Source: an uncultured cyanobacterium
Lineage (GTDB): Bacteria; Cyanobacteriota; Cyanobacteriia; Cyanobacteriales; Nostocaceae
NCBI GenBank assembly: GCA_963740315.1
Contig: CAVUDP010000002.1
Coordinates: forward strand, 1,440,001 to 1,504,000
Reading direction: 5' to 3'
Length of the DNA stretch: 64,000 bases
Of this stretch, positions 19,377 to 30,401 are shown piece by piece. A program made the translations under genes and the position numbers. Below the pieces are notes generated by a model that saw only the letters and a program-made list of their open reading frames with translations, was not told the DNA's origin and searched no databases. How positions within the stretch are numbered: position 1 is the first letter of the stretch; every line of letters starts with the position of its first letter.

Positions 19377-20636
19377 TCAACCCCGTCTCAAAAACCTCAC
19401 CGTAGCATCTTCCCGCTCAACATCTCTTGCAGTGTAATTCACTCTATCAACCCGTCTCCCTTTACCTTGATTATCGTACAAACTAATTACCCCACCACTA
19501 TTAGATAACATCACCGGATTTAAAGGCTGTATCCTCACCGCTTCCCCTGGTTTTAATATCCTTTCTTGCTCTTTCAAAATCGAATTTAGCTGCAACGATT
19601 CATGCTTTGTATCCGATAATCTCCAACCTTCTAAATTAACTGGCTTTGAGGAAAGATTGATTACAGAAACCCATTCCGATGCTCTTTCATCACCCGAAGG
19701 ATTTACCATCGCAGCAGCAATAAAAATGGCAGCATTATCTACAGCAACTGAATCCCTAAGTTCACCTTTAGCAATCATTTCAACAGGTGCATCAACTTCA
19801 ATCCGTTCGGGAAACTGTGCGATATGAAGTTCTTCTCGCTTTTCGGGATTTTCGTTAAATAATAAAGGATTTTTCTCGTAAATCTCATCATCAAATTCCA
19901 AACCTGTTAATCTTTCAATTTCAGTAATTGTTACCTGATAAGTTTGGAAATTAAACAATTTATTACCTTCTTTGTCCCTTAAAGCTTCCTCATCTTGAAA
20001 CATCAAGAAAGCACGGACATCAAGTTCATTATTATCTTTATTTACGAAGCAAACAACTTTGAAAAAAGCTGAAGGAATTAACGCCGATTCTCTTCCTGGT
20101 GGGGTAATACTACGAGGAAAATCGCCGTAAACTGGTCCGGTGAAAACGGTTATTTTACCATTACTATCTAAATTGAGGTCAAACACCCAATTTTCTAAAG
20201 CCAACCATTCATCTTGATTAAAATTTTCGTGCTGTAACGCTGCATTGGAATAATAGAAAGTATCATCAGAAGCTCGTTTTGCTTCCCTTTCTGTTTTTCC
20301 CCAAGCCAAACTACCTCGTCTCGCTAAATGTCCTCGATCCCAAGGATTATTGCGATAGTAGTCATTATCAAGTTGAAAATCGGCACCGATACGAGTATCA
20401 ATATCCCAACCCCGTTTCCTTTGTACATTTTTGATCAGATTCTGGTCAATATTTGCACAAGTGACAATAGTCGATCGCCTAACCCGATTGGTAATGATGG
20501 AGTAATTAATATAGCTAGCAAAAATATCATCTTCTAATAGGGAACTGCGAAGAACATCCCCGGCTATTGATGGAGCAAAGCTGGGTACGGGAAGGTTTAT
20601 CCCATTCCCTAGAAAGTCGGGATTGTAGCCTGCCAT
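19377..20636 (-). CDS. DNA/RNA non-specific (NucA/EndoG-type) endonuclease with C-terminal lamin-tail-like domain
   Basis: WDRGHLARR, TFYYSNAALQHENFNQDEWLALE, VFTGPV and IPSAFFKV; C-terminal IAAAMVNPSG...EWVSVIN...LEGWRLSD. ATG 20636 preferred over TTG 20663. Confidence 0.88.
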   Translation of the reverse strand: MAGYNPDFLGNGINLPVPSFAPSIAGDVLRSSLLEDDIFASYINYSIITNRVRRSTIVTCANIDQNLIKNVQRKRGWDIDTRIGADFQLDNDYYRNNPWDRGHLARRGSLAWGKTEREAKRASDDTFYYSNAALQHENFNQDEWLALENWVFDLNLDSNGKITVFTGPVYGDFPRSITPPGRESALIPSAFFKVVCFVNKDNNELDVRAFLMFQDEEALRDKEGNKLFNFQTYQVTITEIERLTGLEFDDEIYEKNPLLFNENPEKREELHIAQFPERIEVDAPVEMIAKGELRDSVAVDNAAIFIAAAMVNPSGDERASEWVSVINLSSKPVNLEGWRLSDTKHESLQLNSILKEQERILKPGEAVRIQPLNPVMLSNSGGVISLYDNQGKGRRVDRVNYTARDVEREDATVRFLRRG

Positions 20637-21066
20637 AATATTGCCCTCGTAAATTTCACTCAACAGTATGAGGTATAGTTATTAACTTTTCAACTCAAAA
20701 AGGCTTTTAGCTAAACAAATAAATTGATGAATATCTAATAAAAAAACCTATAACTTGCGTGCAAACGGACTTTTTTACCTAGAAATATATTTGTTATGAA
20801 GTATAAATAATCGCGGTACAATCAATAATATTAAGGGATTACTCTGAAAACAACAGAGATTAAATTTAGTAAATACTGTTATATCTCCTTAGCTTTTACG
20901 ATCGACAACAGCTATAAACCTAAAAAGAAAATTTTTTTTGAGTATTAATCTATAAATGATACTGGTAATAAATTTTAAAATTACGGACAATCAACTACTG
21001 ACAAATACCCAAGGAGGGGAAGTACACTAGTAAGATTCATGTTCGCGGTTAGTATAAAATAACTCT

Positions 21067-22014
21067 ATGTCTTTTCAAATAGAACGCGGTCTATTTAAGT
21101 ATGATTTGATAGATTATCACGCAGTTTTATGCGTTCGAGTTGATGCGGATGCTTCAGAAATTCGCAAACGTTACCTGCAAATTGCGCGTCGTTTGCATCC
21201 TGATAGCTGTGCTGCGGCTAGCGATGAGGAAAAACAACTTGCTAATCAATTGTTATCAAAGTTGGTAAATCCAGCTTACGAACAACTTTATCAAGATCGG
21301 AATCGTGCGGAACATAATCTTGTTTTAAGCCAAATGGGGAAGCGCTTCGCTCAGGATTCTGCTTCTGTGGAACTGACTACCGATAATGCCAGACAGCTTG
21401 CAAGTACGGCTAATTATGAAAGCGCTTATAGAAATGCGATATCCCAAATAGCCAAAATTCAATATAAGTCTTTAGCGCAGGTAAAAGATGCGATCGCTCA
21501 AATCAGTGAATTGAATTTAGTTTATTTGATGCGGAGTGCGGGCAAATCTTTGAATACAGCATCGTCAAAACCCCATTTTACATCTAACTCCAATACTGCT
21601 GGGGGAAATACCGCACCATCACCGACAGCGCCACCTAAAGAAGATACTGTTTTGACTCAGTATATGCGTCGCGCCCAAGAGTTGATTACCAAGAATCAAT
21701 TGTCACAAGCTCGGATTGAATTACAAGATGCTTTGAAGATGAAGCCTTCAAATAATCAGTGCCATAGCTTGATTGGAGTGGTCTATTTGAAGCAAAATCA
21801 AATTAAAATGGCAAAAATCCACTTTGACCGTGCTTTGCAATTAGATCCTAAAGACCAAACTGCATTGGAAGGGAAAACTAAAATTGACAAGATTTTAGGA
21901 AATAAAACTGCATCTAGCACCAACAAAAAGAGTACAGTAAGTGCTGCTGCGGCAAAATCTTCAAAATCTGAAAGCGGCGGTTTATTTGGTGGCTTGTTTG
22001 GGAAGAAAAAATAA
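21067..22014 (+). CDS. J-domain (DnaJ) and TPR protein
   Basis: DYHAVL...ARRLHPD J-domain with a C-terminal TPR. Confidence 0.88.
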   Translation: MSFQIERGLFKYDLIDYHAVLCVRVDADASEIRKRYLQIARRLHPDSCAAASDEEKQLANQLLSKLVNPAYEQLYQDRNRAEHNLVLSQMGKRFAQDSASVELTTDNARQLASTANYESAYRNAISQIAKIQYKSLAQVKDAIAQISELNLVYLMRSAGKSLNTASSKPHFTSNSNTAGGNTAPSPTAPPKEDTVLTQYMRRAQELITKNQLSQARIELQDALKMKPSNNQCHSLIGVVYLKQNQIKMAKIHFDRALQLDPKDQTALEGKTKIDKILGNKTASSTNKKSTVSAAAAKSSKSESGGLFGGLFGKKK

Positions 22015-23228
22015 TGGTGTATCAACCTCCAGCGGGAGCCAGGGATTTATTACCCTTAGATGTAGCTCAAAAGCGCTGGATTGAAGACAGATTAGAACAA
22101 GTGTTTCAGGGTTGGGGTTATCACAGAATTATCACCTCAACCTTAGAACGTATAGACACGCTGATGGCGGGGGGTGCAATTGAACGCTCAACGGTAATTC
22201 AATTACAGAATATCCAAGACGAAGAATTGGGATTGCGTCCCGAATTAACCGCTTCTATAGCTCGTACTGCCGTGACGCGCATGGCTGGCGTTAACTACCC
22301 GCAACGGCTGTATTACAACGCCAACGTCTTCGGAAGAACGCCGGAATTAAAACACAACCGCCAGCAAGAATTTTATCAAGCTGGAGTTGAGCTACTAGGA
22401 GGAGGTGGTAAGATCGCCGATGCAGAAGTTTTGCTATTAGTAGCCGCTTGTTTGCAAGCACTCCAGCTAAAAAATTGGCACTTAGTTGTTGGCGAAGCCG
22501 GAATTACCACTAGTTTATTCAAAGCCTTCCCAGCCAATTTACGGGAGGAAATCCGCAGCGCGATCGCTCATTTAGATCGAGTCTCTATAGATACCTTACC
22601 TCTAAGTGATGAAGATCGCGATCGCGCTCGAATAATGTTGGATTTACGCGGTAAAAGTGCGGATGTTTTGCAAAAAATTAGTACTTTAAATCTCGACGAA
22701 CAACAGCAAGAAGCGGTAAACAACCTTTCTTCTTTAGTTGAGTTGATAGAATCCCAAGGAAACTTTTCTCTAATCCTCGATCTGAGCTTAATTCAAACCT
22801 TTGACTACTACACCGGCATAGTATTTGAAGTAGTAAGCGACATCGATAACCAAGCGCAGGTAATAGGCAGCGGCGGACGTTACGACAAGCTTTTAGGGCT
22901 ATATCATCCCCAAGGTGAAAACATCCCCGGTACGGGCTTCGCGTTATTTATTGAAGATTTATACCACATTTTATTAACAAGAGGGCAATTACCGCAAACA
23001 ACCCCAGCCAGCAACTGGTTAGTAGTACCAGAAAATGCCAGCGCCAGCAATGCAGCTTTCGCTTACGCCGAAAAACTGCGTTCCTCAACTCATTTAGTCA
23101 GAGTCGAAATGGAACTAGGGGGAAGAGAAGCTCAAACCATTCAACAATACGCACGCGATCGAGGAATCGCTCAAATCGCTTGGGTAAAAGCCGACGGTTC
23201 AAAAAAAATTGAATCAGTAAACAGTTAG
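22014..23228 (+). CDS. hisZ: ATP phosphoribosyltransferase regulatory subunit
   Basis: PAGARDLLP, LRPELTASIAR, EFYQAGVELLG, DYYTGIVFE and GGRYDKLL. Translationally coupled to the upstream gene (TAATG). Confidence 0.93.
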   Translation: MVYQPPAGARDLLPLDVAQKRWIEDRLEQVFQGWGYHRIITSTLERIDTLMAGGAIERSTVIQLQNIQDEELGLRPELTASIARTAVTRMAGVNYPQRLYYNANVFGRTPELKHNRQQEFYQAGVELLGGGGKIADAEVLLLVAACLQALQLKNWHLVVGEAGITTSLFKAFPANLREEIRSAIAHLDRVSIDTLPLSDEDRDRARIMLDLRGKSADVLQKISTLNLDEQQQEAVNNLSSLVELIESQGNFSLILDLSLIQTFDYYTGIVFEVVSDIDNQAQVIGSGGRYDKLLGLYHPQGENIPGTGFALFIEDLYHILLTRGQLPQTTPASNWLVVPENASASNAAFAYAEKLRSSTHLVRVEMELGGREAQTIQQYARDRGIAQIAWVKADGSKKIESVNS

Positions 23229-23363
23229 CAGTGAGCAGTTAGCAGTTGAAGATTTACAATTTACAAGACAAATGAAAAATCAGATGATTTATAACAAATC
23301 ATCAAACTGTGGTTACTGATTACTGTTAACTGCTAACTGTTCACTGATGCATAGAGGGGAAAC

Positions 23364-23591
23364 ATGGCACACACTATTGTTACTGATGTTTGTGAAGGCG
23401 TTGCAGATTGCGTTGATGCTTGTCCCGTAGCTTGCATTCATCCAGGACCTGGAAAAAACGTTAAAGGAACCGATTGGTTTTGGATTGACTTTGCTACCTG
23501 TATTGATTGCGGTATTTGTATCCAAGTTTGTCCCGTAGAAGGAGCGATCGTTCCAGAAGAACAGCCCGAATTACAGAAAACACCGCAATAG
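23364..23591 (+). CDS. bacterial-type 4Fe-4S dicluster ferredoxin
   Basis: [12 protein letters not shown] and [12 protein letters not shown]. Confidence 0.92.
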   Translation: MAHTIVTDVCEGVADCVDACPVACIHPGPGKNVKGTDWFWIDFATCIDCGICIQVCPVEGAIVPEEQPELQKTPQ

Positions 23592-23832
23592 GGGGATGGG
23601 GAGAGAGGGGGTAGAGGGGGATGGGGAGATGGGGAGAGGGGGTTCGGGGGTTCGGGGGAGATAAGGGGAAAGGTAGTGCGAGCATCTTGCTCGCTATATA
23701 TGTATAACCAGCGAGCTATTAACCAATACCCAATCCCCAATCCCCAATCCCCAATCCCCAATCCCCAATACCCAATCCCCAATGCCCAATGCCCCATTCC
23801 CATTCCCAATCCAAAATCTAAAATCTAAAATC
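23592..23832. repeat. STRR arrays (GGGGAGA-type, CCCCAAT, AAAATCT) with SDR GTAGTGCGAGCATCTTGCTCGCT
   Basis: Visible tandem heptamers. The SDR is the reverse complement of 1021-1043. Confidence 0.88.
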
Positions 23833-23834
23833 AG

Positions 23835-23869
23835 AAATCCCCTCCGGAAAAATAATTCGGAGGGGATTT
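23835..23869. terminator. hairpin between convergent genes, possibly a bidirectional terminator
   Basis: AAATCCCCTCCG...CGGAGGGGATTT. Confidence 0.7.
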
Positions 23870-23920
23870 ACTTTTACTTATATATTGATTCGACAACAAT
23901 AAGTAATTTTCTTTATTTAC

Positions 23921-24652
23921 TCATCCTTGAGGTAGATCGGTGGGTGGAATTTTTTCCGGTGGAGCTTCTGCCGGGGGAGCAAGTTCGGCTTCGGGAGCAA
24001 TTTCTTCTACTGGGGGTATAGTTTTTTCTTCTGCATCAGCATTTTTGTCCGCTGCTTCTACAAGTTCTTGGGATGGAGGCTCTGGTGGCGTAGCGTCTGG
24101 AACAGTTTCAGTTGTAGTGGCTGCATCAGTATTATCAACAACAATTACAGATGCATCCGATACTGGAGTGGAAATATCTTCATCAATTGCGTCAACTAAA
24201 GATTTGCCTATTGTTGCAGCAGTTGTTTCCTCAGTTGTGGAAGTCGCGGTTGGGGGTTGAGTAGCAGTTGGAGTTTGAGAAACCTGCTCTTTTTTCCCAG
24301 GTAAGATATTCGTTACAGTTTTAAACAATCCTCCCACACGTTCTTGCAGCGAATTGCTTTTCACCGCTTGGGCACTGGGTACCGGGGTTTGTTGCATTGC
24401 AGGAGTGATTTGGCGACGTAACGAAAACATTTGCCAACCGAACCAAAATAATAAAGCAACCGCAGCCAATTGACCTAAGAAAAACCATCCACCGATGCGC
24501 GGCGTAAACACCCATAGTACAAGGGCATAAAACAAACCTACACCGCTCCAGATAAAATCATTCTTGCGGTGAACTTCAGGAAAAAAGAAAGCCGCCAAAT
24601 AGATTGCTAAACTGCCAAAACCGACTATCAACGCCAAGATATGTGTCAGCAT
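23921..24652 (-). CDS. ycf66: Ycf66 family membrane protein
   Basis: AFFFPEVHRKNDFIWSGVGLFYALVLW, followed by an acidic Pro/Thr-rich tail. Confidence 0.8.
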   Translation of the reverse strand: MLTHILALIVGFGSLAIYLAAFFFPEVHRKNDFIWSGVGLFYALVLWVFTPRIGGWFFLGQLAAVALLFWFGWQMFSLRRQITPAMQQTPVPSAQAVKSNSLQERVGGLFKTVTNILPGKKEQVSQTPTATQPPTATSTTEETTAATIGKSLVDAIDEDISTPVSDASVIVVDNTDAATTTETVPDATPPEPPSQELVEAADKNADAEEKTIPPVEEIAPEAELAPPAEAPPEKIPPTDLPQG

Positions 24653-24728
24653 TTATGCTTCTCCTATAAGTCTTATGACAACAGGTTAAAGGTCTGCATG
24701 TCAAAGGTCAAAGGTAAATATTTAAAAG

Positions 24729-24960
24729 TTAGGAGTTAGGACCACCGGAGTTAGGAGTTAGAAGTAGCGATCGCCGGAAAGCTCGCTATTTAATTACCCC
24801 CCTCTACCCCCTCTACCCCCTCTGCCTCCTCTGCTCTCTTCTTCCCCTCTACCCCCTCTCCCCCTCTCCCTCTCTCCCCATCTCCCCATCCCCCCATCTC
24901 CCCATCCCCCCATCTCCCCATCTCCCCCCTCTACCAATTCCCCAATGCCCAATGCCCAAT
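24729..24960. repeat. STRR arrays (GGAGTTA, CCCCCTCTA, CCCCATCT, CCCAATG)
   Basis: Visible tandem repeats in the ycf66-gnd divergent region. Confidence 0.85.
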
Positions 24961-25163
24961 AATTTATAGTAAATATTACAATTTAGCGAATTTTACAGTT
25001 AAATTGTTGATTGATATACAAATTAAAAATAGTTATGTGTATCTATAATGCATTTTTACTCTTTGAATAAAGTCTTAATGTCTTCTTTAGAAGTGAACCG
25101 AAAATCTCGGACTACCCTAAGAGATAAAAGAAAGAATTTGGAAGAGTTAGCCACAAAAAATTT

Positions 25164-26621
25164 ATGACACTACAAAGCTTTGGTGTGATTGGATTAGCTG
25201 TTATGGGAGAAAATATCGCTCTGAACGTAGAGCGTAACGGCTTCCCGATCGCAGTTTATAACCGCTCGCGTGAAAAAACTGATGCGTTTATGGAACAACG
25301 CGCCCAAGGTAGAAATGTAAAAGCAGGGTATACCTTAGAAGAGTTTGTGGGTTTGTTGGAACGTCCCCGCAAAATTTTGGTGATGGTGAAAGCTGGTGGA
25401 CCAGTTGATAAGGTAATTGAGCAACTCACACCTTTGCTGGATGAAGGCGACATCATTATCGACGGCGGTAACTCACTTTATGAAGACACCGAACGACGCA
25501 CCCGCGAATTAGAACCCAAAGGTTTTCGCTTCATCGGCATGGGTGTAAGCGGTGGTGAAGAAGGAGCGCTTAACGGTCCTTCCTTGATGCCTGGAGGTAC
25601 CGAAAGCTCTTATGAGTATCTATCGCCTATCTTCACCAAAATCGCGGCTCAAGTAGACGATGGTCCTTGTGTTGCCTATTGCGGACCTGGCGGTGCCGGA
25701 CATTATGTGAAAATGGTTCACAACGGTATTGAGTACGGCGATATGCAGTTAATTGCAGAAGCCTACGATTTATTGAAAAATGTAGCTGGTTTAGACCACA
25801 ATCAACTACATGAAGTATTCACTGAGTGGAATACCACTGAGGAATTAGATTCATTCTTGATTGAAATTACTTCCAAGATTTTCCCTTATATTGACGAAGA
25901 AACTGGTATACCTCTAGTAGATTTAATCGTTGATGCAGCCGGACAAAAAGGAACCGGACGCTGGACGGCAGTAGATGCACTTAATTTGGGCGTGCCAATT
26001 CCTACTATTGGTGCAGCAGTAAATGCTCGAATTATGTCATCCTACAAAGAGGAAAGAGTAGCAGCATCCAAGGAAATTTCCGGCCCAAGCGGTAAGTACG
26101 AAGGCGACACCAAGAAGTTTATCAACATGGTGCGCGATGCTCTCTACTGTTCCAAAATCTGCTCCTACGCCCAAGGAATGGCTTTGTTATACAAAGCTTC
26201 CAATGAGTTTAACTACAACTTGGATCTTGGTGAAATGGCGCGAATTTGGAAAGGTGGTTGTATCATTCGTGCTAGATTCTTGAACAAAATCAAGAAAGCA
26301 TTTGACCAAAATCCTTCACTGCCCAACTTGCTATTAGCCCCCGAATTCAAGCAGACAATTCTGGATCGACAAGACGCTTGGCGTGAAGTAATTATTACCG
26401 CAGCTAAATTAGGAATAGCCGTTCCTGCATTCAGCGCATCCTTAGATTACTTCGACAGCTACCGACGCGAACGTTTGCCTCAAAACCTCACCCAGGCACA
26501 ACGCGACTACTTCGGCGCACATACTTACTTGCGTACCGATAAAGAAGGAAGCTTCCACACTGCGTGGACACCAATTGACGAAGCAACCGTCGCAACTGAA
26601 TCAGTAGTAAAAATGGACTAA
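25164..26621 (+). CDS. gnd: 6-phosphogluconate dehydrogenase, decarboxylating (NADP)
   Basis: GLAVMG, VKMVHNGIEYGDMQ, QKGTGRW and QAQRDYFGAHTY. Confidence 0.98.
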   Translation: MTLQSFGVIGLAVMGENIALNVERNGFPIAVYNRSREKTDAFMEQRAQGRNVKAGYTLEEFVGLLERPRKILVMVKAGGPVDKVIEQLTPLLDEGDIIIDGGNSLYEDTERRTRELEPKGFRFIGMGVSGGEEGALNGPSLMPGGTESSYEYLSPIFTKIAAQVDDGPCVAYCGPGGAGHYVKMVHNGIEYGDMQLIAEAYDLLKNVAGLDHNQLHEVFTEWNTTEELDSFLIEITSKIFPYIDEETGIPLVDLIVDAAGQKGTGRWTAVDALNLGVPIPTIGAAVNARIMSSYKEERVAASKEISGPSGKYEGDTKKFINMVRDALYCSKICSYAQGMALLYKASNEFNYNLDLGEMARIWKGGCIIRARFLNKIKKAFDQNPSLPNLLLAPEFKQTILDRQDAWREVIITAAKLGIAVPAFSASLDYFDSYRRERLPQNLTQAQRDYFGAHTYLRTDKEGSFHTAWTPIDEATVATESVVKMD

Positions 26622-26653
26622 TTATTAATTAGTACCCATTCACTTGTGATATC

Positions 26654-26690
26654 AGAAACCCGGTTTCTTAAAGAAACCGGGTTTCTTTTT
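26654..26690 (+). terminator. intrinsic terminator after gnd
   Basis: AGAAACCCGGTTTCT-TAA-AGAAACCGGGTTTCT followed by T residues. Confidence 0.75.
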
Positions 26691-26974
26691 ATTCGTTATT
26701 GGGCATCGGGCATCAAAGAAAATATGATATTTAAATTGAAATTTTGTTCTTCATGTTTCCATGTATTATAAAAATTCGCTGTAAATATAAACTATTTCAA
26801 AGGCAGGTTTATATGCGACAGGACTTACGATATTGTCATAAATGGTTGATGGTGCGTGACGCTACAACAGTTATTACTACGTTCAATTTTTTCATAGCGT
26901 CACACACCCTACAGTAGGGATTGTGCCAGTTGAATAAGTCATGTGATGTAGTAGGAGTAGTTTTTATAATTTCC

Positions 26975-27345
26975 GCTGCTGAAGTCGATTAGCACCAATT
27001 TTCCATCCGATTCACGTCGGCAGATATTATTCGGTTTAATATCGCGGTGAATTACTTGTTGCTGATGTACAAAAGCTAAAACTTCTAAAATATCTTCCAA
27101 AAGTTGAATTACAACCGCTTCGCTTAATTGTTTGTTTGGCTGCAATTCTTGAGTTAAATCGTGCCCTTCAATAAATTATTGCACCAAAGAAAACTTTTGG
27201 TTGTCTTCAAAATGCGCTAACAATCGCGGAATTTAGTCATGATTTCCTAATTTTTCTAAAGTTTTTCCAGCACTTAAAGTGTAAGGATCTTTTGCTGCTG
27301 GTTAAAAAAGTTTGACTACGCAATGAGGATTACCCGGACGTTGTA
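26975..27345 (-). pseudogene. Ser/Thr protein kinase (Pkn2-type) fragment
   Basis: PGNPHCVVK...LEKLGNHD*IPRLLAHFE...LVQ*FIEGHDL...VIHRDIKPNNI...LVLIDF, with several stops and truncation after DF. Confidence 0.85.
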
Positions 27346-27544
27346 AAATTTATTTTTACGACTATGTTTATACCTATCTGGGAATTAATTACCAGGCTTT
27401 TAGCATAAGTCGATTAAAATAGACGCAGGATGCAATAAAAAGTCATAATAATATGTATAAGTTATGTACAAGTATAGTGTGTCTGTTAATTAACTCTTTT
27501 ATTATTAACCACTAATTACTAACTAATAACAACTAATTAAAGGT

Positions 27545-28744
27545 ATGAAAATTAGCCTGTGTACAATTGTAAAAGACGAAGAATCAACGCTATCGAAGTG
27601 CCTGAGTAGCGCTAAGAAGTTTGTCAACGAAATAGTCATATTAGATACTGGCTCAACCGATAAAACAGTAAAAATTGCTCAAGGTTATGGTGCTAAAGTA
27701 CATCATTTTGAATGGTGCAATGATTTTAGCGCTGCTCGTAATGAAGCTTTAAAATATGCAACTGGCGATTGGATTTTAGTTTTAGATGCCGATGAAACTT
27801 TAGCACCAGAAATTATTCCCCAGTTGCGAGAAGCAATACAAAGAGAAGAGTACTTACTGATAAACTTGGTACGCGATGAAATTGGTGCGACACAATCGCC
27901 TTATTCAATGGTTTCGCGGCTATTTCGCAACCATCCCGATATTAAATTTTCACGCCCCTATCACGCTTTAGTTGATGATAGCGTCTCAGAAATTTTACAT
28001 AAAGAACCGCATTGGCAGATAGGTTATATACAAGGTATAGCGATTTTACATTCGGGCTATCAGCAAAGCGAAATTACTAGAAAAAATAAACTTCTTTTAG
28101 CTCAAACAGCAATGGAAGAGTTTTTTGCAACTCATCCCGACGATGCTTATGTTTGCAGTAAATTGGGAGCATTATATATAGATTTGGGAAAAATTCCTCA
28201 AAGTATTCAGTTGCTATCAAAAGGAGTTTCCGTTGCTAACGACAATTACGAGATTTTGTACGAACTTTACTATCATTTGGGCATCGCTTACAATCGGTTG
28301 AAAAATTCTCACCAGGCGATCGCACATTATCAAGCAGCAACTAAACTACCAATTTATCCGCTAATAAAGTTGGGAGCATACAACAATCTCGGCAATTTAC
28401 TCAAAGCAATTGGAGATTTAAAGGGTGCAAAAACAGCTTATGAAACAACTTTAAAAATAGATCCTGCTTTCGTTACCGGATATTACAATTTAGGGATGAT
28501 ATTCAAAGCGATGGGTTTATTTAAAGATGCTATTGCAGCTTACGTTAAAGCTATCGATTTGAATCCAGAATATGCTCAAGCTTATCAAAATTTAGGCGTT
28601 GTATTGTTGAAAGCTGGTTATGTAGAAGATAGTTTAATAGCTTTTAAAGAAGCGATTCATTTATATGTAACGCAGAATAATCACTTTGAAGCGGAGCAGT
28701 TAAGAAAAGGGTTGAAAGAGATGGGTTTGGAAGTTAAAAGTTAG
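27545..28744 (+). CDS. glycosyltransferase family 2 with C-terminal TPRs
   Basis: ISLCTIVKDE, DTGSTD, NDFSAARN and LDADE, followed by TPR repeats. Confidence 0.92.
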   Translation: MKISLCTIVKDEESTLSKCLSSAKKFVNEIVILDTGSTDKTVKIAQGYGAKVHHFEWCNDFSAARNEALKYATGDWILVLDADETLAPEIIPQLREAIQREEYLLINLVRDEIGATQSPYSMVSRLFRNHPDIKFSRPYHALVDDSVSEILHKEPHWQIGYIQGIAILHSGYQQSEITRKNKLLLAQTAMEEFFATHPDDAYVCSKLGALYIDLGKIPQSIQLLSKGVSVANDNYEILYELYYHLGIAYNRLKNSHQAIAHYQAATKLPIYPLIKLGAYNNLGNLLKAIGDLKGAKTAYETTLKIDPAFVTGYYNLGMIFKAMGLFKDAIAAYVKAIDLNPEYAQAYQNLGVVLLKAGYVEDSLIAFKEAIHLYVTQNNHFEAEQLRKGLKEMGLEVKS

Positions 28745-28829
28745 GAGTGAAGAGTTAGGAGTTATATATTTTTAAATTCACGTTATCGTAAAGCTATACG
28801 CTCGAATAAAGTCTAATTTTGGAATAATT

Positions 28830-29075
28830 ATGAAAGCAGTCAAAGTGATGGCAACGATTGACGAAGAAGGGCAACTTGCTTTAGATAAACCTTTAAATTT
28901 AAATAAAAATAGTCGTGTTGAAGTAATTGTTCTAGTTTCCGAAGAAGCAGAAGATGAGGATGATAAACCGAAAGAAGAAATATTAGAAGATTTTCGTCAA
29001 GCTTGGCATGAAGCAATGAGGGGAAAAACTATTCCTGCTTCTGTGTTATGGGAAGATAGTATTATTGAAAAATAA
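28830..29075 (+). CDS. RelN-like antitoxin (orphan)
   Basis: MKAVKVMATIDEEGQLALDKPL...RVEVIVLV...FRQAWHEAM.G.TIP...LWE matches the recalled cyanobacterial RelN family. Confidence 0.6.
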   Translation: MKAVKVMATIDEEGQLALDKPLNLNKNSRVEVIVLVSEEAEDEDDKPKEEILEDFRQAWHEAMRGKTIPASVLWEDSIIEK

Positions 29076-29101
29076 TTATCATATCTACTAACAATAAAAA
29101 C

Positions 29102-29522
29102 ATGGGTAAAGTCACAACCACAATTACAGTTACTAATCAAATCGATCTAACTGTCTTCTGAAAGAGGATTTATTCCTAAAGAACAAATTCGTTCTATAAC
29201 ATTAAATGATGTATTAGTTGACAGTGGAGCAACGAGACTTTGTTTACCTAAAAGTATTATTCTTGATTTAGGATTACCTATGCAAGGGGAAGCAGATGTA
29301 AAAATAGCAATAGGAGTGCAAAAAGTTCGTATTTTTAAGATGTTAAACCTTGTTGTTGAAGGAAGAGAAGGGGTATTTAATTGTATAGAATTACCGGAAG
29401 ATTCCGATCCTTTGTTAGGATTAATACCCTTAGAAGATTTAGGATTAGAACCAGATTTAAATAATCAAAAATTGCGAGTTTTACCGCAGCAAGGGAAAGA
29501 TACTTATTTAATGGTTTTGTAA
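29102..29522 (+). pseudogene. retropepsin-like aspartyl protease, frameshifted near 29155
   Basis: MGKVTTTITVTNQIDL, then the +1 frame SERGFIPKEQIRSITLNDVLVDSGATRLCLP runs into ORF 29280-29522 (PLLGLIPLEDL). Confidence 0.8.
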
Positions 29523-29607
29523 TTTTAATTGCTGCTGATTATACCGCCAAATGAAGCAACAAAATTGTAACCAATACGAATATTGAGAAAAATAATCTGA
29601 GTTAAGA

Positions 29608-29973
29608 CTATTCAATTTCTAATAGTTCAGGTGGGTTCATCCGTGATGGATTTCCAAAATAGTAATCTAAGATTGATAATACAGCATCATCGATAGATCC
29701 AAATAAATGCTGAAAATCTCCTATAGCTGGACCTGGAATCCATTCCGAAATTTCAAATACCCATTTATTTTCTTTTGGATAAATATTTGCAACAGGTGCA
29801 TCACAAGGTATTTTATCATTACCAAATAAACATTCACAGTCCTTTCTTGTATTTCCTAAGACTGATGTAGGCTTTGCGATAGAATATCCATTTGGAAATG
29901 GACTTATTGAACCAAATGGAAGCACCAATAAACCTGTTTTCTCTAATTTTTGAATTGCTTGTATTTCTAACAT
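29608..29973 (-). CDS. hypothetical protein
   Basis: 121-aa ATG ORF with no recognised motif. Confidence 0.6.
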   Translation of the reverse strand: MLEIQAIQKLEKTGLLVLPFGSISPFPNGYSIAKPTSVLGNTRKDCECLFGNDKIPCDAPVANIYPKENKWVFEISEWIPGPAIGDFQHLFGSIDDAVLSILDYYFGNPSRMNPPELLEIE

Positions 29974-30035
29974 AATTCAATTTTTTATAATAGAATAGAT
30001 ACGAAAAGCTCTATTTTTTAGTTAAGAACAAAAAA

Positions 30036-30401
30036 TTACAACTCTTCGATTGTTACCAATCCGTTTTCTGTAAACTGAATCACAAGTTCTTGCTCATCTA
30101 ATAAAGCAGTTCCAAGCAAAGGTCGTCTTCCTGTAGCAATTACACGAACTTCTCGTTCTTCCCCACCCCATAAAACAATGGCTTCATGAAGTGGTAAGAA
30201 AACCTCGCTATTATCTGCTAAGTTCGCAGGAATATCGTATGCAAAAGGTAAGCCTAGAAGAGCAACCGTTTCTAAAGGCAAACATAATTGGTCAGTAAAG
30301 CCTGTATCTATGACAAATTCAATTGGTAAGCTTGAGCCGTTCGGAAGCAAAAATGTTAACCTGACTGTAGCGTGTCTATCAATTACAATACCAGAAATCA
30401 C
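30036..30401 (-). CDS. clan AA aspartic protease
   Basis: FVIDTGFT...LADNS...PLLGTALL. The GTG start overlaps the upstream stop. Confidence 0.85.
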   Translation of the reverse strand: MISGIVIDRHATVRLTFLLPNGSSLPIEFVIDTGFTDQLCLPLETVALLGLPFAYDIPANLADNSEVFLPLHEAIVLWGGEEREVRVIATGRRPLLGTALLDEQELVIQFTENGLVTIEEL

